Assembly: GCF_014396165.1 (NCBI RefSeq)
Contig: NZ_CP060715.1
Coordinates: forward strand, 1,470,001-1,502,000
Origin: Erysipelothrix inopinata
GTDB lineage: Bacteria > Bacillota_I > Bacilli_A > Erysipelotrichales > Erysipelotrichaceae
Direction of reading: 5' to 3'
Length of the DNA: 32,000 nt
Part shown: piece after piece, positions 16,926 through 25,758 of the stretch
Position numbering within the stretch: position 1 is the first letter of the stretch
How the letters are laid out: every line of letters begins with the position of its first letter
Notes under the pieces: generated by a model
Databases searched by the model: none
What the model saw: only the letters and a program-made list of their open reading frames with translations
What the model was told of the DNA's origin: nothing
Program-made: the position numbers and the translations under genes

Positions 16926-17591
16926 TTATATATGAACGTAACCTGCGTATTCTTTTAATCGTTCAAGATTGATAATTAAATATGATTTTTCTTTTTTAAT
17001 AAGAATGTTTTCATCAAGCAATCGCCTGAAAGTATGAGTTAAGTGACGGTAACTAACATTAAGATATTCTGCCACCTCGGTATGTTTTTCTTTATATACG
17101 TTATTAACCTGGGCTTCTAAGATGAAAGCGGAGAGGCGATGAATTAATTGGTAGTTTGATCCGTCTCCAAGTCTATTTGTACGATCTAACAATTTTGATG
17201 CAAGATAGGTGGAAAGATAATTTAGAAAAACAACATCATTTAAAAGGTAAGATTGATATTTAACGACAGAAATACCCAAACATTCTACTTCAGTTTGGGC
17301 TTTGACTTCACGTGGCTCATCTTCAACACCTAATAGTTCTAATTCGCCGATTAAATCTTTTGGTTTTGCGAAGTGAACAATGGATCGGTTTCCATTTTCT
17401 AAAATCCGACTCACTTTTACTTTGCCATTGGTAATCAAATATAGCATCTCATTCTCTTTGGTTTGACTCATAATAGTTTCATCTTTATTGAATGTAAAAA
17501 TTTGGAAATCTATATCCTTTAGGGAAGAGAACATTATTGAAAAGTCTATAGGTGCGACTTGACTGATTTTAGTCGATGTTTTTTTAATCAT
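16926..17591 (-). CDS. Crp/Fnr-family transcriptional regulator
   Basis: cNMP-binding-like beta-roll (MLYLITNGKVKVSRILENGNRSIVHFAKPKDLIGELELLG) and a C-terminal HTH (HTEVAEYLNVSYRHLTHTFRRLLDENIL). Start trimmed to ATG 17591 after AAGGAGA. Confidence 0.8.
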   Translation of the reverse strand: MIKKTSTKISQVAPIDFSIMFSSLKDIDFQIFTFNKDETIMSQTKENEMLYLITNGKVKVSRILENGNRSIVHFAKPKDLIGELELLGVEDEPREVKAQTEVECLGISVVKYQSYLLNDVVFLNYLSTYLASKLLDRTNRLGDGSNYQLIHRLSAFILEAQVNNVYKEKHTEVAEYLNVSYRHLTHTFRRLLDENILIKKEKSYLIINLERLKEYAGYVHI

Positions 17592-17604
17592 TATTTCTCC
17601 TTTA

Positions 17605-17620
17605 TAGGAGATATCTCCTA
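17605..17620. promoter_or_regulatory. Perfect 16-bp palindrome in a 78-bp divergent intergenic region
   Basis: TAGGAGATATCTCCTA read directly. It sits 13 nt from the Crp-family start codon and 49 nt from the YczE-like start codon. Confidence 0.45.
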
Positions 17621-17669
17621 TTTTGTAATGCGGTAATTTCATATGATGGTTACGAAAGAAGGACAATCT

Positions 17670-18305
17670 ATGAAAAAATTACTGTATTCTTTATTCTTTT
17701 ATGCTTTAACTGGACTGGGAATCAGTTTAACAATTAAAGCAAACATTGGTGTGAGTAGTTTTAATTCATTGAATCTTAGTTTATCGCTCATTAGTGGTAT
17801 TAAAGTAGGAACCGTTACATCACTCGTAAATGGTGCGTTTATTATATTATATATGATTTTAACAGGTCTCAAACAACGAAAAGAATATATCAGTCAAGGA
17901 GTATCTGTTTATGCTCTGGGTTTGGTTATTAATTTCTTCGTATATACAGTTTTTGTTAATGTAAATTTAAACTCGTATCTATCCCAAGTTATTTGTTTTA
18001 TTATGGGAGTATGTATCTCTGGATTTGGTACGGGAATGGTCTTGAATTTAAGGGTTCTTGCATTTCCAATTGAAAGTGTGTGTCGTATTGTGTCAGAAAA
18101 AACTAAAGTTTCCTTTATGAAGCTTCGTTATATTGTAGATATAATCTGTATTTCAGCATCTCTCGTCATCACTTCCCTAACAAACTCAGACCTATTTATT
18201 CGCGAAGGAACCGTACTTAGTTTGTTTCTGTTATCTTTCGTGATTGGAATTACTAAGAAGACCTATGAAAAAATGCCGCATCCCAAATCTTTAGAAAGTA
18301 TATAG
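17670..18305 (+). CDS. YczE-like integral membrane protein (DUF6198/YitT-related)
   Basis: N-terminal LTGLGISLTIKANIGVSSFNSLN resembles YczE-type proteins. Six hydrophobic helices. Start set at ATG 17670. Confidence 0.6.
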   Translation: MKKLLYSLFFYALTGLGISLTIKANIGVSSFNSLNLSLSLISGIKVGTVTSLVNGAFIILYMILTGLKQRKEYISQGVSVYALGLVINFFVYTVFVNVNLNSYLSQVICFIMGVCISGFGTGMVLNLRVLAFPIESVCRIVSEKTKVSFMKLRYIVDIICISASLVITSLTNSDLFIREGTVLSLFLLSFVIGITKKTYEKMPHPKSLESI

Positions 18306-18311
18306 AAAAGG

Positions 18312-18354
18312 GACCCAGTTTCTCAGATTGAGAAAGTTGGGTCTCTTTTTGTTT
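18312..18354. terminator. Bidirectional terminator
   Basis: GACCCAGTTTCTC (18312-18324) / GAGAAAGTTGGGTC (18330-18343) with one bulge, then TCTTTTTGTTTTT. Confidence 0.7.
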
Positions 18355-20991
18355 TTATTCTGAACGCAAAGCAATCACAGGATCTTGTTTTGCCGCTTTT
18401 GAAGAAGGGATAAGTCCTGCAAGCATTGATAAGAATATCGAAATGAGGACAAGGATAACACCTGCTTGCCATGGCAGAGAAGCAATACCTGCAACACCAG
18501 AAAGAGATTCGATGATGGCATTAATTGGAATCAGCAAGAGTAATGTTATTCCAATTCCAAAACCTCCTGACAAGAATCCTAGGATTAATGTTTCGGCATT
18601 AAAGATACTGGAAATATTTCGTTTGGAAGCACCGATACTTCTAAGAATTCCAATTTCTTTTGTTCTTTCAAGAACTGAAATATAAGTAATAATTCCAATC
18701 ATGATGGAAGAAACAATTAATGAAATGGCTACAAATCCAACAAGGACATAGGTAATCATATTAATAATTACAGAAACAGAAGACATCATGAGACCCGCAA
18801 TATCTGTATAATTAAGTGTTAGATTTTCATTGCCTTGCTCAATTTGTTTGTTATTGTACGTTTTAATAATGGATTCAATTTCGTCTTTGGCTTTAAAGTC
18901 TTTAGGATAAAGATTAATTGAAGAAGGTTTATCAAGATCTACAACACCCAGTTTGGCTAAGTTGCCGTCGTATGTTTCGATTTCTTGTTGTGAAGCTTGC
19001 ATTTGTTTACTTACCATATCAATGACTTGTGCTTCTGACATTGAGGCGGTGAGTTGTGCAAATTGCATTTGTTCTTGCTCTGACAAGGTTTTTGTCCAGT
19101 CTCGAACTTGTTCAATGGTGAGTGTTTCAGTATAGTTCTCAATATCAAAAGGAAGGCCTGTGAAGACGTTTGTATCTTTATTTTCCTTTTGTTCTTTGAC
19201 GATTTCCGTATCATTGATTTTATTGATAACATGTTCCGTGAGTGTATGATTATAAGCTATTGTACCATTTAGTGATTGTGCACTCGATTCAGGATTGGGT
19301 CTTAAAATACCGACAACCTTAATATCCATAGCGTTCTCAATGACGGGTTTCATAAAGTTTAAATCCTCATGTTTATCAACCCATTTATTTGCTTGTTGAT
19401 CAAAACTGTAGATATCTGTATTTAGAACTAATTTAAATTTTGTTGCTAATATTTCATCGTATGAAAATGATTTTTGTTCGCTTTCTTTAGCCTTTTGATC
19501 GGTAGCGAGAGCATTCACAATTTCTTTATACTCTTTTTGATCCATAAGCCCTAATGAATAAAGAACCATGTCACTAATTTCATTGTTTTTATCAACAACA
19601 AGAACAACTTCGTCATGAGCATTTTGATCAGGGAATCGACCTGCCAATACATCGTATTGCGCTCCAAGGAGTTCAGGATTATCAATCATTTCTTGAAATA
19701 CTTGAGATGACATCATACCTGAAAGACCCGGTACATTTGGACCGGATTGTCCTTGTTGTAACATGGCACTCGGATTCACCTTGAGGTTATCATCGGCTTG
19801 GCTGCTATAGATTTGTAAATCAAGGTTGTAACCTGTTTGGATGGCAGTAACGTGTTTGTCGATGCCCGTATCTTCTTCTTTGAGGTATTTAAGAAATTGA
19901 GCTAAATCGTTTTGTTTCTTTTGCTCCGTCATGGTTGTCATCATGTTTGTCGCAATATTATTGGAATAGACCTGAGAAAGATCATGCTCAATGTCATTTT
20001 TATTATTTTGATCCATCATTGTCGTCATCATTGTTGTGAGATCAATGCTTTCACTTTCTATAGATATCGGATAACTCGATAATGTGTCTTTTTGAACATT
20101 ATCGATATATTGATTGACACCATTTGATAAAGATAAAATGAGTGCAATTCCGATAATTCCAATACTTCCTGCAAATGCTGTTAGGAATGTTCGTGCTTTT
20201 TTTGTACGAAGATTATTGAAACTCAGGGTGAGGGCTGTAACGAAAGACATTGAAGCTTTACCGAGGTTTTGGTGAATGGCTTCTTCAGCATGACTTTCAT
20301 CAAGTTCAAGAGGATTGGAGTCACTCAAAATGACACCGTCACGAAGATTTACAATACGGTTTGCGTAATCATCAGCCAATTCAGGGTTGTGAGTAACCAT
20401 GATGACAAGTTTGTCATTAGCTACTTCTTGAAGTAATTTCATAACTTGGATACTGGTTTCGGTATCTAAAGCACCTGTAGGCTCGTCAGCAAGTAAAATA
20501 TCGGGGTCATTAACAAGCGCTCTAGCAATCGCAACGCGTTGCATTTGACCTCCAGACATTTGATTTGGTTTTTTATGAAGTTGATCGCCCAAACCTACTT
20601 TTGTGAGGACATCAGTCGCACGTTGACGTCGTTCAGATTTTGAGATTCCGGATATGGTTAAGGCAAGCTCGACGTTTGCGAGGATGCTTTGATGAGGGAT
20701 TAAATTGTAAGATTGAAAAACAAATCCGACCGAATGATTTCGATACGAATCCCAATCGCGATCGTGATATTTCTTCGTTGAAATACCGTTAATAATGAGA
20801 TCACCATGATCGTAGCGATCCAAACCACCAACAATATTAAGTAGGGTAGTTTTTCCCGAACCACTGGGTCCAAGAATTGCGACAAACTCGTTATCTCTAA
20901 AATTGAGGCTGACGTCATTCAAGGCAACTTGAATTAAATCACCAGTTTTATATTGCTTATATATATTCTTTATTTGTAGCATATAAGTCAC
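18355..20991 (-). CDS. Fused ABC ATP-binding protein + FtsX-family permease (MacB-type) with a very large extracytoplasmic domain
   Basis: aa 1-225: Walker A GPSGSGKTT, signature MSGGQMQR, Walker B LLADEPTGALD. TM1 at about aa 268-289. A hydrophilic domain of about 450 aa follows. The C-terminal FtsX module has three TM helices (aa about 741-863). Confidence 0.88.
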   Translation of the reverse strand: MTYMLQIKNIYKQYKTGDLIQVALNDVSLNFRDNEFVAILGPSGSGKTTLLNIVGGLDRYDHGDLIINGISTKKYHDRDWDSYRNHSVGFVFQSYNLIPHQSILANVELALTISGISKSERRQRATDVLTKVGLGDQLHKKPNQMSGGQMQRVAIARALVNDPDILLADEPTGALDTETSIQVMKLLQEVANDKLVIMVTHNPELADDYANRIVNLRDGVILSDSNPLELDESHAEEAIHQNLGKASMSFVTALTLSFNNLRTKKARTFLTAFAGSIGIIGIALILSLSNGVNQYIDNVQKDTLSSYPISIESESIDLTTMMTTMMDQNNKNDIEHDLSQVYSNNIATNMMTTMTEQKKQNDLAQFLKYLKEEDTGIDKHVTAIQTGYNLDLQIYSSQADDNLKVNPSAMLQQGQSGPNVPGLSGMMSSQVFQEMIDNPELLGAQYDVLAGRFPDQNAHDEVVLVVDKNNEISDMVLYSLGLMDQKEYKEIVNALATDQKAKESEQKSFSYDEILATKFKLVLNTDIYSFDQQANKWVDKHEDLNFMKPVIENAMDIKVVGILRPNPESSAQSLNGTIAYNHTLTEHVINKINDTEIVKEQKENKDTNVFTGLPFDIENYTETLTIEQVRDWTKTLSEQEQMQFAQLTASMSEAQVIDMVSKQMQASQQEIETYDGNLAKLGVVDLDKPSSINLYPKDFKAKDEIESIIKTYNNKQIEQGNENLTLNYTDIAGLMMSSVSVIINMITYVLVGFVAISLIVSSIMIGIITYISVLERTKEIGILRSIGASKRNISSIFNAETLILGFLSGGFGIGITLLLLIPINAIIESLSGVAGIASLPWQAGVILVLISIFLSMLAGLIPSSKAAKQDPVIALRSE

Positions 20992-21110
20992 CTTTCCTAT
21001 TTTATATCCCCATTATATCTTTATTTGATAAACTGAATGTTAACTTTCAATAACTTCTGTTAATGCTCAGTTTATATTCTATGATATCATGAAAGTATGG
21101 AGGTGATCTG

Positions 21111-21785
21111 ATGTTTAGAATATTAATTGTAGAAGATAATAAAAATACGTCACGATTGATGAAGGCATTACTAGAACATGCGGGTTACGAAACAGAAGTA
21201 GCTTACAATGGGGTAGAGGGATTCGAGGTTTTAGATCGAATACATATTGATTTAATTTTATTGGATGTCATGATGCCCGTAATGGATGGCTATGAATTTA
21301 CTGATCAACTTCGCAAAAGTAATGACAATGTTCCCATTTTGATGGTAACAGCGAAGCATCTTCCAGAGGAAAAATGTCGCGGATTTTTGGTAGGGACGGA
21401 TGACTATATGATTAAACCTGTTAATGAAGAAGAGTTATTATTAAGAATAAAAGCACTGTTGAGACGTTCTCAGATTGCCAATGAGCACCGACTTAGTATT
21501 GGGAATGTTATTTTAGATTATGATGGTCTGACGGTATCTAGAGGCGATGAAATTCAAACCTTGCCAGAAAAAGAGTTTTACCTCTTATACAAATTATTAT
21601 CGTATCCAAATCAGATTTTCACAAGAATTCAACTGATGGATGAGATATGGGGAAAAGATTCGGAGAGTGTTGACACCACCGTAAATGTTCATATTAATCG
21701 ATTAAGAAAACGATTTGAAAATTACGATGAATTTGAAATTGTTGCGATTCGAGGTTTAGGATATAAAGCGGTACGAAATCGATGA
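21111..21785 (+). CDS. OmpR/PhoB-family response regulator
   Basis: Receiver domain (ILIVEDN, LILLDVMMPVMDG, TAK) and winged-helix output (TVNVHINRLRKRF). ATGA overlap with the kinase gene. Confidence 0.92.
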   Translation: MFRILIVEDNKNTSRLMKALLEHAGYETEVAYNGVEGFEVLDRIHIDLILLDVMMPVMDGYEFTDQLRKSNDNVPILMVTAKHLPEEKCRGFLVGTDDYMIKPVNEEELLLRIKALLRRSQIANEHRLSIGNVILDYDGLTVSRGDEIQTLPEKEFYLLYKLLSYPNQIFTRIQLMDEIWGKDSESVDTTVNVHINRLRKRFENYDEFEIVAIRGLGYKAVRNR

Positions 21786-22818
21786 GAAGCAAAAGGAAAT
21801 TTCGAAATAATTTTGAACTCATCGTATTCTTTGTCTTGGTAGTATTTGTTATCTTAGTCTTAACCATGGCATTAATTATGACTGGAATGAAAGTCCTAGA
21901 GATGATGGGATACACCGAATCACAGTTTACACATGCACCGGTACTTGTCTTTTCTGTCGCAACAATTATCGTAGGGTCAACAGTAGCGGCCATTGTGAGT
22001 CATATTCCTTTAGCGCCACTCCAAGAGGTTATTGCTGCCACAAAGAGGTTTGCTAAAGGAGACTTTTCAGCAAGAATTAATCTTAAGGGTCCAAAAGAAC
22101 TCAAGCAATTAAGCGATAGTTTTAATGAGATGGGAAAAGCATTGGGAAGTATAGAACTTCTTAGAAACGATTTTGTTAATAACTTCTCCCACGAATTCAA
22201 GACGCCGATTGTATCCATTCGCGGGTTTGCGAAAATGCTTCGTGATAATCCTGATCTAACAGATGCAGAAAAACAAGAATACCTTGAAATTATTATTAAT
22301 GAATCAGAGAGACTCTCTGAATTATCGTCAAGTGTCCTCAATCTATCTCAAGTAGAAACACAAACGGTACTTAAGGACATAAAACGGGTTAACATAACCG
22401 AACAAATGCGACTCATTCTTGTTCTACTAGAAAAACGTTGGCAAGATAAAAATCTTGATATTCATTTAGAGGCTGAAGAAGTCGAGGCCGAGGTAAATGA
22501 GGAATTAATGCAACAGGTTTTTATTAACCTCATCGATAATGCCATCAAGTTTTCCGATAGAGGAACCGAATTGAAACTTGAAATCTTTGAAGGGATTCAA
22601 GAAATTAAAATTAGTATCACGAATGAGGGGAAACAATCTCAAAAGAAGATCAACGTCGTGTATTTGATAAGTTTTATCAAGGAGATGGATCTCATGCTAC
22701 CAAAGGAAATGGCCTCGGACTGAGTTTAGTTCAAAAAATAATTGATCTCCATCAAGGAAGCATTACTATTCGTTCGGGAAATGGACAAACAACCTTCACA
22801 ATATTTCTTCCAAAGTAA
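21782..22818 (+). pseudogene. Intramembrane-sensing histidine kinase (BceS-like architecture), interrupted by a 1-nt frameshift
   Basis: Two TM helices with a short loop, a HAMP-like segment, H-box FSHEFKTPI and N-box NLIDNAIKFS lie in the frame of 21782. The G1/G2 boxes (DKFYQGD, GNGLGLSLVQKIIDLHQGSITI) lie in the adjacent frame, which is open from 22627 to the TAA at 22816-22818. The frames switch at the G4 run 22627-22630. Confidence 0.8.
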
Positions 22819-22849
22819 AAATTGTATGATAAATTGATGAATATTATTA

Positions 22850-22865
22850 TATTATTCGAATAATA
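22850..22865. promoter_or_regulatory. Perfect 16-bp palindrome upstream of the ABC exporter operon
   Basis: TATTATTCGAATAATA read directly. Its centre is about 45 bp upstream of the TATAAT at 22901-22906. Confidence 0.4.
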
Positions 22866-22877
22866 CAGTGACACACC

Positions 22878-22906
22878 TATGAATTTCTCTCAAAATCCGC
22901 TATAAT
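22878..22906 (+). promoter_or_regulatory. Promoter of the ABC exporter operon (consensus -10, poor -35)
   Basis: TATAAT at 22901-22906. The hexamer 17 nt upstream is TATGAA, a poor -35 that suggests activator dependence. Confidence 0.5.
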
Positions 22907-22927
22907 CTAAAAAAAGAGGAGATTTAT

Positions 22928-23626
22928 ATGTTACAAATTCAGAGTTTACACAAAAAGTATAACCAGGTCGTAGCGGTCGACCATGTAAGTTTTAACGCAT
23001 ACGACGGTGAAGTAACTGTAATTTTGGGTCCGAATGGGGCGGGTAAATCCACAATTATTAAATCCGTAGCCGGATTGTTGCGTTATGAGGGAGAAATCTT
23101 TATTAATGGCAAAAAGGCTTCAGAGATTGAAGCTAAGAAAGAGTTTTCCTATGTTCCTGAAATACCTGCAATGTATCCGTTATTAACGGTTCGCGAACAT
23201 TTAATCTTTACAAGTAGAGCTTATGGAATCACCGATAATGATGATGAAATCGATGCCCTGATGCAACGATTTGAATTACAAGATAAACAAGAAAAATATG
23301 GTGATGAACTTTCAAAAGGGATGATGCAAAAAGTAAGTATTTGCTCAGCGCTTTTAACGCATCCAAATGTAATTGTTTTGGATGAACCAATGGTTGGATT
23401 GGATCCAAAAGCTATCAAAGAACTGAAACGTGTGATGAAAGAATTAAAAGAATCAGGTGTTACTGTCATTATTAGTACCCATATGATTGAAATGGTTGAA
23501 GACGTTTGGGATAAGGTGATTGTGATGGAAACAGGTAAAATTCGTGCAGAAATTGCGAAGAATGATTATCCTGATGAAGATCTCGAAACACTCTTCTTTA
23601 AGATAACGGGTGAAACCTATGAATAA
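22928..23626 (+). CDS. ABC transporter ATP-binding protein (ABC-2/DrrA-like subfamily)
   Basis: Walker A GPNGAGKST, signature LSKGMMQKV, Walker B IVLDEPMVGLD. SD GAGGAG lies before ATG 22928. Confidence 0.9.
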   Translation: MLQIQSLHKKYNQVVAVDHVSFNAYDGEVTVILGPNGAGKSTIIKSVAGLLRYEGEIFINGKKASEIEAKKEFSYVPEIPAMYPLLTVREHLIFTSRAYGITDNDDEIDALMQRFELQDKQEKYGDELSKGMMQKVSICSALLTHPNVIVLDEPMVGLDPKAIKELKRVMKELKESGVTVIISTHMIEMVEDVWDKVIVMETGKIRAEIAKNDYPDEDLETLFFKITGETYE

Positions 23627-25217
23627 TGGTTTGTTGTACCTATGTCAGATGAATGTCAAGAATCGTTTCAAAAAACTGATTCGCAAACCTTTAAAGTTAA
23701 TTGCGACGATTGTTGGTGTTCTATATTTTATTATGATTCCCTTTTTCTTTAAATCATCAATCGATCAGTTAAATATGAATAATCAGCACAGTTTTGGATT
23801 GATTATCCTCTTGTTCACAATTTATCTGTCTACACCCGGATACTTATCGTATCTAAAAAGAAAAGGAATTGTTTTTACAAATGCTGATGTTCATTTTCTA
23901 TTTTCAGCACCTGTCTCATCAAAACAAATTATTTTTTATGGTCTCAGTAAGACATACTATCTTCAAGTTATTTATGAGATTGCTCTAATCGTGGCAGCAT
24001 TATTCTTATTTAATGTATCGGCACTGCCTTTATTACTGTATGTGCTCAGTATTTTCATTTTTGAAATTCCAATGTCATACTCGCTAGCACTCATTATGTA
24101 TGCCGATGAAAAAATAAGTCTTACTGCTAAGAAGGTTATTCGCTATACAGCATATGCGTTTCTTCTAATCTTTACAGCTTTATCTGCTTACTATATCTAC
24201 GCTAATGGAATCTCTGTACAAAGCGTAATTGAAGTATTTCAACTGCCACTCATCTTGCTCTTCCCAATTATTGGATGGCAAGCATGTTTAATTCAACTTC
24301 TATTCTGGGGACCGACAAATGTAAATATCGTTGGAACCGTGTTGTTCTTTATTTTCGGATTGATTTCAATAGTTTATGCTTATCGTATGAAAGTTAACGG
24401 CGAATACTACGAAGAAGCACAAGATTTTGCCTTAGACTATGAAAAGAAGATGGCCAAAGCAAAGAAAAATGCGCCGTTGTCCGAACAAATGGGCAAACGA
24501 AAAATTCTCAAAGCCAATCGTGAAATTACGAGTTTAAAGAGCCGTGCTATCTTAGATAAGGAACTTCTTGAGAACAGAAGAACACGTCGTACATTCGTGA
24601 AGATCTCAGATTTAGTTCTTGCAATAATCGGAGGTTTTGTAGGTTATTTCCTCAAAGACTCGCTAGCTGAATTTGGAACTGAAGAAACATTTATATTCTT
24701 TGGCGTTATTGTTGGAATTATTATGTATATTAATGCTTTCTTTACACATTCGAATTTTTGGCAAAAAGAAGCGGAGCACTTTACTTTTTTCCTTATTCCG
24801 GATACGATGATAAGTAAGTTGTTCTTTGCATCATCATTGGATTTATTAAGTGCATTAACTCGTACATTTGCGCTTGTTCTTCCACTGATGGTAATATCAA
24901 GAGTGCCGCTTGTCTATGGTATGATGGGGATCTTACTGGCGTTAAGTTTACTTGTTTTTGAAATTTATTTAAGAATGGGATTAAGTGAGTTTCTAACTCA
25001 AAAAGTTGGTACCATTTTTGCACAGTTTATATATATGTTCTTATCAATCATACTGTGTGCAGTACCTGTCGGATTATGGGGATTAATGACATGGTTTACA
25101 GCAATGCCTACCTTAGTAGGAGTCTTATTAACAGTTTTAAGTTATTTTGGACTCGCATACTTTGGGTTGTGGATTGCATCAAAAACAATATTACATACGC
25201 AATTGGAAGATAACTAG
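23610..25217 (+). CDS. Polytopic membrane protein, putative ABC exporter permease partner
   Basis: About 10-12 hydrophobic helices split by a charged cytoplasmic segment (EYYEEAQDFALDYEKKMAKAKKNAP...). It overlaps the ATPase gene. The start is GTG 23610 or ATG 23619 (ATGAATAA overlap). The family recollection (putative ABC exporter) is uncertain. Confidence 0.7.
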   Translation: MKPMNNGLLYLCQMNVKNRFKKLIRKPLKLIATIVGVLYFIMIPFFFKSSIDQLNMNNQHSFGLIILLFTIYLSTPGYLSYLKRKGIVFTNADVHFLFSAPVSSKQIIFYGLSKTYYLQVIYEIALIVAALFLFNVSALPLLLYVLSIFIFEIPMSYSLALIMYADEKISLTAKKVIRYTAYAFLLIFTALSAYYIYANGISVQSVIEVFQLPLILLFPIIGWQACLIQLLFWGPTNVNIVGTVLFFIFGLISIVYAYRMKVNGEYYEEAQDFALDYEKKMAKAKKNAPLSEQMGKRKILKANREITSLKSRAILDKELLENRRTRRTFVKISDLVLAIIGGFVGYFLKDSLAEFGTEETFIFFGVIVGIIMYINAFFTHSNFWQKEAEHFTFFLIPDTMISKLFFASSLDLLSALTRTFALVLPLMVISRVPLVYGMMGILLALSLLVFEIYLRMGLSEFLTQKVGTIFAQFIYMFLSIILCAVPVGLWGLMTWFTAMPTLVGVLLTVLSYFGLAYFGLWIASKTILHTQLEDN

Positions 25218-25272
25218 TTGAATGGTATCAGGTATTTAAAGATAAACTTATAGAAACTGAAAGGGAAACTAT

Positions 25273-25758
25273 ATGGAGAATATTCAATTATTGTTTAAGG
25301 AAAATCCTTATATGTGGTACTATGTAGGACTTGTTGTCTTATGTATCGTTTTTGTAATTTTTAGTCAAATGAGAGTTCGTAAGAAAAAGAATGATTTCTT
25401 GAACTTACATCCTGATGCATCACGAATCCTTCTTAATCGTCAAGGATTTGTTTCTACTGTTACCATTCATATTCATGAAGTAAATGGCGAACCAGTTCAA
25501 GCGGATATGAAGAGTTTATATGGAACTTCTACCGAATCACAATTTTTTCAAGATAAAACAAAGTATGGAATCTTTGTAAAACCTGGAGAAAATAAGCTGT
25601 CAGTAAGTTATGAACACACACGTCCTGGCGTGATGTATAAATCTGTAACAGAGTATACAGATCCAGTACAGGTAGTTGTAAACTGTAAACCTAATGCTAC
25701 CTATAAATTATCGTTTGATAAAGATACCAATCTTTATGGTGTAGAGGAAATAGACTAA
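25273..25758 (+). CDS. Hypothetical single-pass membrane protein with a beta-rich C-terminal domain
   Basis: One N-terminal TM (YYVGLVVLCIVFVIFSQM), then RVRKKKN and a soluble domain of about 110 aa. Same strand and operon. Confidence 0.6.
   Translation: MENIQLLFKENPYMWYYVGLVVLCIVFVIFSQMRVRKKKNDFLNLHPDASRILLNRQGFVSTVTIHIHEVNGEPVQADMKSLYGTSTESQFFQDKTKYGIFVKPGENKLSVSYEHTRPGVMYKSVTEYTDPVQVVVNCKPNATYKLSFDKDTNLYGVEEID

Noticed and set aside
18443-20918. Four short ORFs within the MacB-type gene (18443-18685+, 18953-19135+, 19011-19232-, 20700-20918-).
   Set aside because: They are embedded in a long, motif-supported CDS and show no independent translation signals.
21038-21063. Possible response-regulator site in the MacB-type/regulator intergenic region: GTTA-N8-TAAC (21039-21054) and a TGTTAA direct repeat 20 bp apart (21038 and 21058).
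   Set aside because: These are only 4-6-nt matches in very AT-rich DNA, easily expected by chance. There is no resemblance to the 22850-22865 palindrome.
21694-22341. Minus-strand ORFs at 21694-21993 and 22000-22341, opposite the response regulator and kinase genes.
   Set aside because: They are antisense to clear two-component-system coding sequence.
22621-22650. Programmed ribosomal frameshifting as the explanation for the split histidine kinase.
   Set aside because: I could see no slippery heptamer of the X-XXY-YYZ type and no downstream stimulatory structure. A single-base change in the length of a G4 run is the simpler explanation.
23221-25023. Minus-strand ORFs at 23221-23469 and 24793-25023.
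   Set aside because: They are antisense to the ABC ATPase and permease-like genes, with no SD or motifs.
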